Under the pieces are notes generated by a model, which saw nothing but the letters and a program-made list of their open reading frames with translations, searched no databases and was not told where the DNA came from. A stretch of 32,000 nucleotides of DNA. Origin: Hafnia phage yong3. The stretch lies in the sequence record OM868075.1; one strand, written 5' to 3'. Position numbers and translations under genes: made by a program. Positions 1 to 9,324 of the stretch are shown piece after piece; the stretch's first letter is position 1, and every line of letters begins with the position of its first letter.

Positions 1-213
1 GGCAAGCCGCCTTATACCTATGCATGGTTTAATGGTTCCGCTGCTATCCCTTCTGCAACAACGGACACGTTAACCCTTGCTGCCGTAACAACCGCATCGT
101 CTGGCGAATACTCTTGTCAGGTTTCCGATAGCGCTTCCGCGAAGGTTGTTTCTAACAAGTGTGCTTTAACAGTTTCAGAAGCTGCTCCGGCATCTGAAGA
201 ACAGCTTCCTTGA
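1..213 (+). CDS. C-terminal fragment of a phage structural protein with an Ig-like domain (5' end outside window)
   Basis: Frame 1 is open from base 1 to TGA at 211-213: GKPPYTYAWFNGSAAIPSATTDTLTLAAVTTASSGEYSCQVSDSASAKVVSNKCALTVSEAAPASEEQLP. The 'SGEYSCQVSD' motif is typical of Ig-like folds; position is upstream of connector genes. Confidence 0.7.
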   Translation, partial: GKPPYTYAWFNGSAAIPSATTDTLTLAAVTTASSGEYSCQVSDSASAKVVSNKCALTVSEAAPASEEQLP

Positions 214-262
214 CTGGTGAGCTAGATCCTGTTAAAACTACTGTGGTTACGTTATAAGGAAA

Positions 263-928
263 ATGGAAATGAAATCTGTAATTGAAGCCCTGTTAGACCT
301 AGACCCAGAAAACCCAAACCACTGGACAGATGATGGTATGCCTAAAGTAAACGCTGTGAAGTTTGCAACGGGTAATCCGCAATTGACCCGTGAAGACATC
401 ACTGCTGTTGCACCAGACTTCACACGCGATAATCGTGTTGTGCCTGAAGCTGAACCTGTGCAGCCAGTTCAATCTGCCGATCCAGTTCTGCATGAACAAT
501 TGGAAACTCAAGCGCAGGAGCAAGAGTATGAGCAGACGCAGAAAGCAAACATCGTTGAGGAAATCAAAGATAAGATTGCCGAAGCATTATACGAAGTTCT
601 GGGCTTTGAAACAGTTCCGGATTTCGCGCAACGCTCCGACGCAGAATTGAAAGCTGCATTATCACGTCGTGAAGAAGCGGTCAAAGAACTGGACAAAGTT
701 AAAGCAGCAGTTGACAGCATTCGCAACGACCAGAATGCAATTGTCGACTCAATGATTCTGGAGCTGGAAGACCGTGCGCCTAAGTCTAGCTTAACTGCTA
801 CACAGCTTTACCTTCGCGCTCAGGCTAACCGTACCGCTGCTGACCTGCGAACTGATAACCAGTTCCTGAACCCAGTGGACGATCCTGTATCCCGCCTAGT
901 TACCCGCTTACAGCGCTCCGGTCGCTAA
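263..928 (+). CDS. Phage protein of the head/connector region, N-terminal 'DPENPNHWTDDGMPKVNAV' motif, coiled-coil middle
   Basis: Long ORF with upstream AAGGA; the 'LDPxNxxHWTxDGxPxV' motif recurs in hypothetical phage proteins near capsid genes. Confidence 0.7.
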   Translation: MEMKSVIEALLDLDPENPNHWTDDGMPKVNAVKFATGNPQLTREDITAVAPDFTRDNRVVPEAEPVQPVQSADPVLHEQLETQAQEQEYEQTQKANIVEEIKDKIAEALYEVLGFETVPDFAQRSDAELKAALSRREEAVKELDKVKAAVDSIRNDQNAIVDSMILELEDRAPKSSLTATQLYLRAQANRTAADLRTDNQFLNPVDDPVSRLVTRLQRSGR

Positions 929-937
929 GGTTGCACA

Positions 938-1087
938 ATGACAAGCCATGCTGATTATGTCGTATGGCTTCTAAAGCGTAATAGAAAGCGGCGGCAAGAA
1001 GAAACCGCCGCTTCTTTACCTGAAGAGCCGCCAATCATCCCTACCACTATAGCAATGAAGAAGGATAAGGAAGATGGAACCAATTAA
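938..1087 (+). CDS. Small basic hypothetical protein (49 aa)
   Basis: Manually translated ORF MTSHADYVVWLLKRNRKRRQEETAASLPEEPPIIPTTIAMKKDKEDGTN filling the gap between flanking genes and overlapping the next start at 1074. Confidence 0.45.
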   Translation: MTSHADYVVWLLKRNRKRRQEETAASLPEEPPIIPTTIAMKKDKEDGTN

Positions 1088-1583
1088 GCTGATTGTTGAA
1101 GATGGTTCTGGGGTTCCGGACGCTAACACCTATGCAGACGTAACCACAGTAAGACGTTACGCTAAAATGCGCGGGATAGTTTTAAACGACGATGATGAGA
1201 TTCTAAAGACTAACATTATCGATGCAATGGATTATGTGGAAAGCTTTGCTGCACGGTTTAAGGGGCAGCGCGTAACACGTGATCAACCGCTACAGTTCCC
1301 GCGCTCTGGGGTTTATGTTGAGGGGGACTTGCTACCCTACAACGTACTCCCTAAAACGCTTATAAACGCGCTGTGTCAGTTTGCGTGCGACTCTGCAACG
1401 GGAGGCCCACTGTCCGGTTCAACCGCTAGCTTTGCAATCAAAAAGAGTAAGATTGAAGGTCTTGAGATTGAATACGCTACAGGTTCAACGGCACAGTCTG
1501 CACCTGCTAAGAAGTTCGATAAGGCAATGGCCTTCCTAAACCCGTTGCTGCAATATCAATTAGGTAACAGATTAATACGGTGA
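1074..1583 (+). CDS. Head-tail connector / head completion protein (DnaT-like family)
   Basis: 'DANTYADVTTVRRYAKMRG ... IDAMDYVESFAARFKGQRVTRDQPLQFPRSGVYVEG' pattern of phage head-tail adaptor proteins. Confidence 0.65.
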   Translation: MEPIKLIVEDGSGVPDANTYADVTTVRRYAKMRGIVLNDDDEILKTNIIDAMDYVESFAARFKGQRVTRDQPLQFPRSGVYVEGDLLPYNVLPKTLINALCQFACDSATGGPLSGSTASFAIKKSKIEGLEIEYATGSTAQSAPAKKFDKAMAFLNPLLQYQLGNRLIR

Positions 1584-1587
1584 ACTT

Positions 1588-1953
1588 ATGTCATTCCCTT
1601 ACGAGCAATTAGTTGAGACTGCAAAGCAACTGATCCGAGATGCTGGCACGCAATGCTATATTGTGGTTAAAGAGAATGACCCCAATGCCAACGAATGGGA
1701 TGCCCCTACAATTGAAAGGCGCATCCCTTTTATTGGGGTATTCTTAACGCCAAAAGAAAAGATGATAGCTGGGAGTCTGGTCGCGTCAGGTGAACAGAAA
1801 GTCCTTGCTGCACCCTTCAACCCTCCTTTAACTCGCGAACAAGCTTTGACTGCAACCATCGAGCGCGGTACTGAAACTTGGACGGTAAACGCCTTTGTTG
1901 CAACTAAGCCAGCAACAACTGAAGTGTTATACACTTTTAAGGTGTTTAGATGA
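1588..1953 (+). CDS. Putative head-tail joining protein
   Basis: 121-aa ORF in the conserved connector position; gene order. Confidence 0.5.
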   Translation: MSFPYEQLVETAKQLIRDAGTQCYIVVKENDPNANEWDAPTIERRIPFIGVFLTPKEKMIAGSLVASGEQKVLAAPFNPPLTREQALTATIERGTETWTVNAFVATKPATTEVLYTFKVFR

Positions 1954-2360
1954 CGGACTTTGCAAAGCAATTACAGGCAGCAAGCCAAAAGATTGTTGTT
2001 CAAACATCTGAGCAAGCTGGCAAAGCTGCTGAAATGCTGTTCGATCGGGTTGTAGATGATACCCCTGTGTTAACGGGTGCGCTTAAAGGTGCGTGGGCTG
2101 CTTCGCAGGTTGCACCGCTGTTAGCGGATACCCGTAAACCAGACCCGAACGGTACAGCCACCAAGGCAGAAATTAAAGCAGTTATTGCGGGTTTACCTAA
2201 GACCAAAGACTGGACTGTATTTTTGGCCAACCCTAAGAAGTACGGCCCCCGCATTGAATACATGTCACATTCTGCTAAAGCGCCTTACGGTATGGTTCGT
2301 ATCAACCTTGCTAAACTTCCTGCATTAATTCGTCAAGCAATCGAGAAAGGAACATTCTAA
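1950..2360 (+). CDS. HK97 gp10-like neck/tail component
   Basis: 'DRVVDDTPVLTGALKGAW' and C-terminal 'YGPRIEYMSHSAKAPYGMVRINLAKLPALIRQAIEK' features; 4-nt overlap with the previous gene. Confidence 0.65.
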   Translation: MTDFAKQLQAASQKIVVQTSEQAGKAAEMLFDRVVDDTPVLTGALKGAWAASQVAPLLADTRKPDPNGTATKAEIKAVIAGLPKTKDWTVFLANPKKYGPRIEYMSHSAKAPYGMVRINLAKLPALIRQAIEKGTF

Positions 2361-2821
2361 TGTTGGGTTATGAATGGATTAGTGACGAATTCAATAAACG
2401 GGTTCGTCTAGCGGTCGGGAAAGACATCCCTATCGCTTGGAAGAATAAAAAGTTCGTACCAGACCAGAAAAAGGTTTGGTTGAAGGTTATGTTGGCACCA
2501 ACTTCTGAAAGCATGGTCACTCTAGGTGATAGCGGTCATAATGAACTGCCGGGCTTTTATCAAGTCGCTATATTTTCACCTCTGAACACTGGTACACAAA
2601 AGCAGAGTGAAATCTTGGATTCCTTGCGGAAAACGTTTAAACTTGGGACACGGTTTGTTTGCCCTGAAGATTACACATTGCGCATTACGGGCTTTGACTT
2701 CTCACAGGGTGGACAGATGTCGTTGAACGATTTTACTAGAGGCGGTGTTGAAGAAAATTGGGATGCCAACTTCATCACTATTTACTGGTCGGCGAGAGAG
2801 CCGAGAAATACAGAGGATTAA
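2360..2821 (+). CDS. Tail terminator / completion protein (DUF4128-like)
   Basis: 153-aa ORF with 'GFYQVAIFSPLNTGTQKQSEILDSLRKTFKLGTRF'; position immediately upstream of the major tail protein. Confidence 0.6.
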   Translation: MLGYEWISDEFNKRVRLAVGKDIPIAWKNKKFVPDQKKVWLKVMLAPTSESMVTLGDSGHNELPGFYQVAIFSPLNTGTQKQSEILDSLRKTFKLGTRFVCPEDYTLRITGFDFSQGGQMSLNDFTRGGVEENWDANFITIYWSAREPRNTED

Positions 2822-2824
2822 TTC

Positions 2825-3793
2825 ATGGCTACAGGTTCACGCTATTCCTGTTATTACGTGAAGGAACAAAAGAGTAATATCACGCCGGCTAGCGCTAAGT
2901 TCATTCCATTCCGTGTGACTAAGTCCGGTCTGGATATTAACATCAAAACGCTAGAGTCTGAAGAACTGCGTGATGATGCGGAAACCGCTGACTTCCGTCT
3001 TGGTGCGCGTCACGTTGAAGGTGCAGTAACAGGTGAAATGTCATTTGGTACTTTTGACGAGCTAATTGCGGCAGCATTGCGCAGCTCATGGCAGGATAAT
3101 GTGGTTAAAGGTGGTATTGAGCGACACTCATTTACCTTCGTTGACTTTAACGCCGATATCCCTGAAGGTAAGTACACTATTTATCGCGGTTGCGAAGTGA
3201 ACTCAATGGCGTTCTCATTGTCTGCTGAAAACATGACCACAGTAGAATTCGGTATTGTTGGCCGCTCCATGGAAATCGCCGACACGCTGCCAGTGGGTTC
3301 TACTGTGCTGGAACGTACAACTACGTCGCCCATGGATGGCTTCCAAGGTCGCTTACTGGAAGGTGGACAGGAAATCAGCGTTATCACCGAAATCGGTCTT
3401 ACTGTTGAAAACGGTATTGAACCGCGCTTCGTTGTTGGTTCCAAGTTCTCTATCGATCCATCATCTGGTCGTCGTGCTGTTAATGGTACTGCAAACGTTT
3501 ACTTCATTGATAACACACTGCGTAACAAGTACCTCGACGAAACCGAAACGTCTATCACTTTCGACTTGATTGATCCGGCTAACCCGAATCAGAAATACAC
3601 AGTTGAAATCCCTCGTGTCAAGTTTACCGAGGCTCCACGCCCTATTGACGGCGAAGGCGATATAATGTTAAATATGGGCTACAAAGGTTTGTTAGACCCG
3701 ACCGTTGGAAGCTCTATCAAAATTACTCGCGTCGTAGAAGCATCTGGCGCGGCAGCATTAGCTAAACTGAATCAATTAGAAGGTACTAAGTAA
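2825..3793 (+). CDS. Major tail (tube) protein
   Basis: 322-aa ORF between tail terminator and chaperones; 'ITPASAKFIPFRVTKSGLDINIKTLESEELRDD' resembles phage tail tube proteins. Confidence 0.7.
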   Translation: MATGSRYSCYYVKEQKSNITPASAKFIPFRVTKSGLDINIKTLESEELRDDAETADFRLGARHVEGAVTGEMSFGTFDELIAAALRSSWQDNVVKGGIERHSFTFVDFNADIPEGKYTIYRGCEVNSMAFSLSAENMTTVEFGIVGRSMEIADTLPVGSTVLERTTTSPMDGFQGRLLEGGQEISVITEIGLTVENGIEPRFVVGSKFSIDPSSGRRAVNGTANVYFIDNTLRNKYLDETETSITFDLIDPANPNQKYTVEIPRVKFTEAPRPIDGEGDIMLNMGYKGLLDPTVGSSIKITRVVEASGAAALAKLNQLEGTK

Positions 3794-4218
3794 TGTCCGA
3801 CATTAAGAAGTCATTAAAATTACCTAACGTAGCTCAAGCAGCGGTAGCGAAAAGCTTCCGCGATTTTAAAACTGTGTCCGTTGCAGATAGCAAGGACGCT
3901 AAAATGCCTATCGTAATTCCAGGCCACGGCGACACAGGTCACGTGCTGTATGTTAAGAGCCAGTATTGCAGCGACTACCGCGCAGCACAGCTTAAAGCTC
4001 AGCGCCAACTGTTAGCCCTTATGGCAGGTGCAGGTGAAGACGGTGTAGACGAAGAACTGCGTCGCGATATTAATATGCGTGCGCTAGCTACGCTGGTATC
4101 TGGTTGGACATTCGATGAAAAGCCTGAGCCAGAACTGATCGTTGAGTTCTTACAAGAGAACCCGACTGTCTATGACGACCTCAATATGTTTGCTGCTAAT
4201 GACGCTAATTTTTTCTAG
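3793..4218 (+). CDS. Tail assembly chaperone, unshifted product
   Basis: 141-aa ORF just upstream of the tape measure, ending at a slippery heptamer. Confidence 0.75.
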   Translation: MSDIKKSLKLPNVAQAAVAKSFRDFKTVSVADSKDAKMPIVIPGHGDTGHVLYVKSQYCSDYRAAQLKAQRQLLALMAGAGEDGVDEELRRDINMRALATLVSGWTFDEKPEPELIVEFLQENPTVYDDLNMFAANDANFF

Positions 4219-4607
4219 AAGCGCGCAGTAAATTAATTAATAAAGCGATCCTCCAATGGGAATTGACGCAAGTCCCTCCCGGCGGGGGATCTTCTTTATT
4301 AGCTCAATATTTAAAAGTTGAGAAAGACACTGGTAAGACGCCCCCGAAACTTGAACAATACCGAAAGGAGAAAGCTCCGGAGTGCCTCCAATATATCTTT
4401 GACCTTTTCAACGATTTCTATTGCGGCGGTGAATTTAGTTATAGTGAGCTTGAAAGCTGGCAGCGGACAATGAACTTGACGCTGGAATGGTTTGAAGCGG
4501 ATACTATACGCTTACTGTGGTTAGAGAAAAGGACGTTTGAGGTGCAGCAGCAAATGAAAGCGAATCCAACTAACCCGCCACGTCGTAGAAAACAAGGGAG
4601 AAAATGA
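3793..4607 (+). CDS. Tail assembly chaperone, -1 frameshift fusion product (about 271 aa)
   Basis: T_TTT_TTC at 4209-4215 directly before TAG 4216-4218. The -1 frame reads ...NDANFF-LEARSKLINKAILQWELTQVPPGGG... through the listed 4263..4607 ORF to TGA 4605-4607. Confidence 0.8.
4209..4215 (+). promoter_or_regulatory. -1 ribosomal frameshift slippery heptamer T_TTT_TTC
   Basis: X_XXY_YYZ-type heptamer in the correct phase; the -1 frame is open from 4209 after a TAA at 4206-4208. Confidence 0.8.
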
Positions 4608-7600
4608 TGGCAGAGTCAGCTTCTCTAGTCATTAAGGTTGCAACGGCGGGTATCAATACCGCAGAGGTTCAACTCCGTCGACTTGCAACGTCTGGGCTTA
4701 ATGCACAGAGCGCCACAACCCGCCTAGCTAGCGGGTTTTCCAATCTTAACCGACAAGCCAATGAACTGTCCCGTGTAACGGATCGGTTGGACGCCGCATT
4801 CATTGGTTTAATTAGTACCGCTACTGTCCAAAAGGTCATTGAATTATCCGACACTTGGACTGTCTTGTCAAACAAGTTAGAACTTGCACGCATCGGTAAC
4901 GAACGGGTTGCAGACGCTCAGCAACGTGTGTTTGAGGTTGCACAGCGTACCCGTACTGACCTTAGCGCTACCGCTACCCTATACAGCCGCTTAGAACGTG
5001 CTATGCGTCAGACTGGGGTAACAGGTAATGAGCTGGGGCGCATTACAGAAACAATTAACAAAGCAATGATTATTTCTGGTGCAACAAGTTCCGAAGCAAG
5101 TGCTGCCCTAATCCAGTTCTCACAGGCAATGGCTTCCGGCGTACTGCGCGGGGATGAATTCCGTTCCGTTGCAGAACAGGCGCCACGTTTAACCCAGATC
5201 CTTACTGAATCGTTAGGTGTAACGATCGGCGGTCTGCGTGAAATGGCGTACAGCGGAAAGCTGAGCTCTGATATTGTTATTGATGCAATTAAGAAAGCGG
5301 CAAATACAATCGACACAGAGTTCGGTCGTACCATGCCCACATTTAGCCAGCAGTGGACGCTAGCAACAAACAACCTTACTAAGTTTGCAGGTGAATCTGA
5401 AAAGAGCCGTGGAGCTATCACTGTTCTGGGTCAGGGTATTGTTACCTTATCCGAGAACCTTGACGCCCTTGCAACTGTTGCGGGTGTTGTAGCAACGATC
5501 ATTACTGCTCGTGTGGTTACAGCTATGGGGGTCAAGGCAAAGGCTTCTATAAGTGCAGCAGCAGCGGAGAAATTACATTCCGCACAGCTATCCCAAACGA
5601 ACGCAGTGATGCAAAGCTCTGTAGGCGTTTCAGCAGCTAAAGCACAGGCAGACCGTGCAGCTTCTTTAGCATCGCTACAGGTTGCCCGTGCATCGTTGCA
5701 AGTTGCTAAAGGTACAGCAGCAGAAGCGGGAGCACGTCTAGCGCTGATCCATGCAACACGCCAGCATTCCGCAGCGGTTGTAGCGGACACACAAGCGCGT
5801 TTAGCTCTTAATGCCGCCCTTAATGCTACCGTACCAGCGGCAACCCGTGCAGCGGGTGCTCTGCGCCTAGCTTCAGGTGCTTTGGCACTAATTGGTGGCC
5901 CATTGGGGCTAGCAATGCTGGCAGCGGGTGCAATTGCTATGTTTGCGCAATCGCAGAACGCAGCAGTTGCAGAAGCTAAGGACTTCGCGGAAAACATCAA
6001 GTATGTCACAGACAACTTGAAGGACATGACGCAAGCTCAGATTGATGCTAACGCTGCTCGTGCCCGTGCTGCTGTCCCCATCCTTGAAGAACAAATGAAC
6101 AAGGATAAGCGTACCGTTGAACAGTTGACCCAATCGCTACGTCTGAACGAACAGATGCAAGCGGAAAGCGGGAAGACTGAACAGCAATTAGCTAACCTGA
6201 AGAACGCCCACGCTGCAATCACCGATAAGTTAATCATTGCAACAGAAGCAGCAGAGAAGTCACAGAAGCAATATACCGAAACGCTCAAACTTGCTGACCC
6301 AGTTGTGCAAAACCTGAGCGTGAAAGTTTCAAACCTTGCTGCTGATCTGCGTGCAATATCTACAATTAAAGTCGGTATTAACATCGACTCTAAAGTGATT
6401 GATAACCTTGCTGGGGATGTGCAGGGTTTAAACCAGACGCTTGAAATTAACAAGCTCAAGGCAGCGGGTGCAGGTAAGCAAGCGGAAGTCCTAAAGACTG
6501 TTATGACAAGTCTTGGCAAGGACTACGCAACGCATGAAACTTTAGTTAAGAAAGTAATCAGCGGTCAAGTTACATCTACAACCGCAACTGATGAAAACAC
6601 TAAAGCTTTTGCTGCGCAGATTGAGAAAATGGTAGCGCTTGCGGGGTCTAACTATGACCTTGAGCAAGGTATGCGAGCTAGCAAAGCTGCAACTAAGGAA
6701 AGCACAAAGGATAACAAACAGAACGCTAAAGTTATCCAAGAACTGCATGAACGCCTAGAAGAAGCAACAATAGGTGTTGAGCAGAACGCAAGGGCGAAAG
6801 CTATTGCTGTGGCTACCAATAAGCTTAACGCTAGTGCAACCGCCGCAGAAGTAGAAGAAGTTAAGAAACTGGCTGCTGCTTTATATGAGCAAGAACAAGC
6901 TGCTAAGAAGGTTGAAGAGCAGAAGAAAGCCCGTGCTGTGTTCCAGAAGTTTAGCGGGGAAGGTTTAACAAACTTTGAAGCGATTGAGCATGAGAAGAAT
7001 GCTAAGCTTGCTGAAATTAATAAAGCATGGCAGACTGCTGATCTTAACGACTACAAACTGTATGAAGACGCTAAGACTGCTATCTTAACAGAAGCACAGC
7101 TAGCCCGTGAAAACCTTCAGATGGTTCTTATGAACCGTATGATTAGCTTTAACAGCGATTCCCTCGGTATCATGTTAAACGCAATGAAGGATGCTAACGC
7201 TGAAAGTAACTTCCTGTACAAAGCGCTGTTTGCTGCACAGCAAGCAATGCAGATTCCATCCATTATCGCGAGTGCTGAAACTGCATCCGCGGCAGCGCTA
7301 GCATGGGGAACGTCAATGGGTGGCCCTGCATTGGGTGCAACTATGGCGGGTGTTACTAAAGCGCTGGGCTATGCGTCTGCTGCTACGGTTGCAGGGTTGT
7401 CCCTTGCTGGTATGGCACACGATGGTATCGATGAGGTTCCCACAGAAGGGACATGGTTGCTTCAGAAAGGTGAGCGCGTACTTAACGCACCATCTAACGA
7501 CAAGCTAAACCGTTTCTTAGATAGCGGCGGCAATATGGGTAACGCTGGCGCCAACACTAGGGGAAGTGTTACTATCATCCAGAAAATTACTATTCAGGGT

Positions 7601-7726
7601 GCAGGTGACGCAGCCTTGACGCAGGCCCTCCAGAAAGCTGCTCGCGATGGTGCTGAGCAAGGCTATAACAAAGTCTTAGCGGATTTTGCAGGGAGGGGAA
7701 CTATCCGCCGTAACGCATTGGGGTAA
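4604..7726 (+). CDS. Tail tape measure protein
   Basis: 1040-aa ORF, longest in the window, Ala-rich coiled coil with hydrophobic central stretch, 'TLATNNLTKFAGESEKSRGAITVLGQGI', 'SGVLRGDEFRSVAEQAPRL'. Confidence 0.9.
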   Translation: MMAESASLVIKVATAGINTAEVQLRRLATSGLNAQSATTRLASGFSNLNRQANELSRVTDRLDAAFIGLISTATVQKVIELSDTWTVLSNKLELARIGNERVADAQQRVFEVAQRTRTDLSATATLYSRLERAMRQTGVTGNELGRITETINKAMIISGATSSEASAALIQFSQAMASGVLRGDEFRSVAEQAPRLTQILTESLGVTIGGLREMAYSGKLSSDIVIDAIKKAANTIDTEFGRTMPTFSQQWTLATNNLTKFAGESEKSRGAITVLGQGIVTLSENLDALATVAGVVATIITARVVTAMGVKAKASISAAAAEKLHSAQLSQTNAVMQSSVGVSAAKAQADRAASLASLQVARASLQVAKGTAAEAGARLALIHATRQHSAAVVADTQARLALNAALNATVPAATRAAGALRLASGALALIGGPLGLAMLAAGAIAMFAQSQNAAVAEAKDFAENIKYVTDNLKDMTQAQIDANAARARAAVPILEEQMNKDKRTVEQLTQSLRLNEQMQAESGKTEQQLANLKNAHAAITDKLIIATEAAEKSQKQYTETLKLADPVVQNLSVKVSNLAADLRAISTIKVGINIDSKVIDNLAGDVQGLNQTLEINKLKAAGAGKQAEVLKTVMTSLGKDYATHETLVKKVISGQVTSTTATDENTKAFAAQIEKMVALAGSNYDLEQGMRASKAATKESTKDNKQNAKVIQELHERLEEATIGVEQNARAKAIAVATNKLNASATAAEVEEVKKLAAALYEQEQAAKKVEEQKKARAVFQKFSGEGLTNFEAIEHEKNAKLAEINKAWQTADLNDYKLYEDAKTAILTEAQLARENLQMVLMNRMISFNSDSLGIMLNAMKDANAESNFLYKALFAAQQAMQIPSIIASAETASAAALAWGTSMGGPALGATMAGVTKALGYASAATVAGLSLAGMAHDGIDEVPTEGTWLLQKGERVLNAPSNDKLNRFLDSGGNMGNAGANTRGSVTIIQKITIQGAGDAALTQALQKAARDGAEQGYNKVLADFAGRGTIRRNALG

Positions 7727-7728
7727 TT

Positions 7729-8313
7729 ATGTTACAATGGCCTTCTGACATTCGACCGTCAAACATGAGTTGGCGGTTACTTTCAAACTCTGTTTCATTC
7801 CAAAGCCCCTTCAACGGGGCTACACAAACCGTCACATTTCCCGGCTCACAATGGGTTGCGGAACTATCTTTTGAAAATATAAACGACTGGGAATCACGTC
7901 AGCTGGAAGCGTTAATCGCAGATCTTGATGGTATGGGCGGACGCATCCTTATACACGACTTTGGACGTTGGGGCAGGGCTCCGGCAGGAAAGCCTGTGGT
8001 TAGGGGTGATGCAAACACGGGTAAAGTTTTAGCCACACAAGGTTGGACACCTGAACGTAAGATCTTATGGCGCGGGGATTATATCAGTATCGACAATGAA
8101 CTCAAGATGATAACACAAGACGTCTGGAGCGGTCTGGACGGAAGTGCTATACTGCCTGTTGCGCCGATGCTCCGTACGGTGCCACAAGCTGGTACGCCGA
8201 TTGAAACTGCAAACCCTCGGGGTGTGTTCCGTTTATCAGACAATGAAAACGGCGTAGACCGCCAACCAGCATTCAACAACAATGTCAGTCTTAAATTTGT
8301 GGAGGCTTTCTAA
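7729..8313 (+). CDS. Minor tail protein
   Basis: 194-aa ORF downstream of tape measure; 'PFNGATQTVTFPGSQWVAELSFENINDWESRQLEALIADLDG' typical of minor tail proteins at this position. Confidence 0.6.
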   Translation: MLQWPSDIRPSNMSWRLLSNSVSFQSPFNGATQTVTFPGSQWVAELSFENINDWESRQLEALIADLDGMGGRILIHDFGRWGRAPAGKPVVRGDANTGKVLATQGWTPERKILWRGDYISIDNELKMITQDVWSGLDGSAILPVAPMLRTVPQAGTPIETANPRGVFRLSDNENGVDRQPAFNNNVSLKFVEAF

Positions 8314-8897
8314 TGCTCTATAGTCCTTTCTCGGATGAGATGCTAGACCTCATGGAACAGCCGAACGTTAACTTGGTTCTAGCTACAGAAATCCATTTCC
8401 CGTCGGGTATAACACGGGTGCATACAGGCACGGGTACGGTTGTCATTAACGGGCAAGCATTCTTAGGTGTTGGTGTGCTGGGCGAGGTTGGATCTGTTAC
8501 TGAAGAAAACAATACCAGCCCTAGCTCTATGTCCTTAACGCTATCGGGTTTAGACTTATCGCTAGTTGCCACAACCCTAGAAGAAAACTGTGTAGGGTCT
8601 GAAGTGATTTGCTATGCGGTATGCTTACGCGAAGACGGTACTGCTGGCGCAGCGAACATGTTGTTCCAAGGCTTCATTTCCGATAGTGCATTATTGGCAG
8701 GTTCCAAGAATGGTCTAAACTATACCGTGTCTAACATCTTTGAGAAATGGTCGCAAGGTTTGCCGGAGCGTTACACAGACGAAAGTCATCAAGCTTCATA
8801 TCCGGGCGATCGTTTCTTCCGTTACATTGCGCAAATGGCAGAACGTTCTATTTACTGGGGTAGCAAGAAAGATGCTCCCGCATTCATCTACAATTGA
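8313..8897 (+). CDS. Minor tail protein (DUF2163-like)
   Basis: 'LATEIHFPSGITRVHTGTGTVVINGQAFLGVGVLGEVGSVTEENNTSPSSMSLTLSGLD' pattern; gene order. Confidence 0.65.
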   Translation: MLYSPFSDEMLDLMEQPNVNLVLATEIHFPSGITRVHTGTGTVVINGQAFLGVGVLGEVGSVTEENNTSPSSMSLTLSGLDLSLVATTLEENCVGSEVICYAVCLREDGTAGAANMLFQGFISDSALLAGSKNGLNYTVSNIFEKWSQGLPERYTDESHQASYPGDRFFRYIAQMAERSIYWGSKKDAPAFIYN

Positions 8898-8906
8898 GAA
8901 ACTATT

Positions 8907-9323
8907 ATGTCTAAGATTGTTAACTGGCAAAGTAACTTACTCGCAAAAGTTGAAGAACTGGCTGACACCCCTTTTGAATGGGGTGTAAACGACTGCGTGA
9001 TATTCGCTGCTAAATGTATAGATGCACAAACAGGCGGAAACGTTTCGGAAAATGTTATAGGTAAATATAATTCTGAAATTGGATGCAAGCGCTATATGCT
9101 GACACAGTTTAAGAGCGCAGACATACGCGTTGCCATAAGCAATTATTTACCGGAACGCATTAACCCTAAACTGGCAAGCCGTGGAGATGTGGTTACGTTT
9201 GAAGGTGACACGGGTCTTACGGCTGGGGTATTATGGGCGACGGGTGTTTGGGCAATGGGGCCAACGGGCGTTGTCCTATTTCCTATAAACAAGATAACAA
9301 TCACTGACGCATGGAGAGTATAA
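8907..9323 (+). CDS. NlpC/P60-like tail protein (DUF6950-like)
   Basis: 'PFEWGVNDCVIFAAKCIDAQTGG' contains a putative catalytic Cys context; 'RGDVVTF' follows; position before the tip protein. Confidence 0.6.
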   Translation: MSKIVNWQSNLLAKVEELADTPFEWGVNDCVIFAAKCIDAQTGGNVSENVIGKYNSEIGCKRYMLTQFKSADIRVAISNYLPERINPKLASRGDVVTFEGDTGLTAGVLWATGVWAMGPTGVVLFPINKITITDAWRV

Positions 9324-9324
9324 G

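Noticed and set aside
4263-4607. Stand-alone CDS starting with TTG at 4263
   Set aside because: Better explained as the downstream part of the -1 frameshift fusion; the frame is open back to the slippery site at 4209.
5431-6027. 198-aa minus-strand ORF (and similar 6037..6519, 5008..5421)
   Set aside because: Antisense to the tape measure gene; Ala/Ser-rich composition is a mirror of Ala-rich coding sequence.
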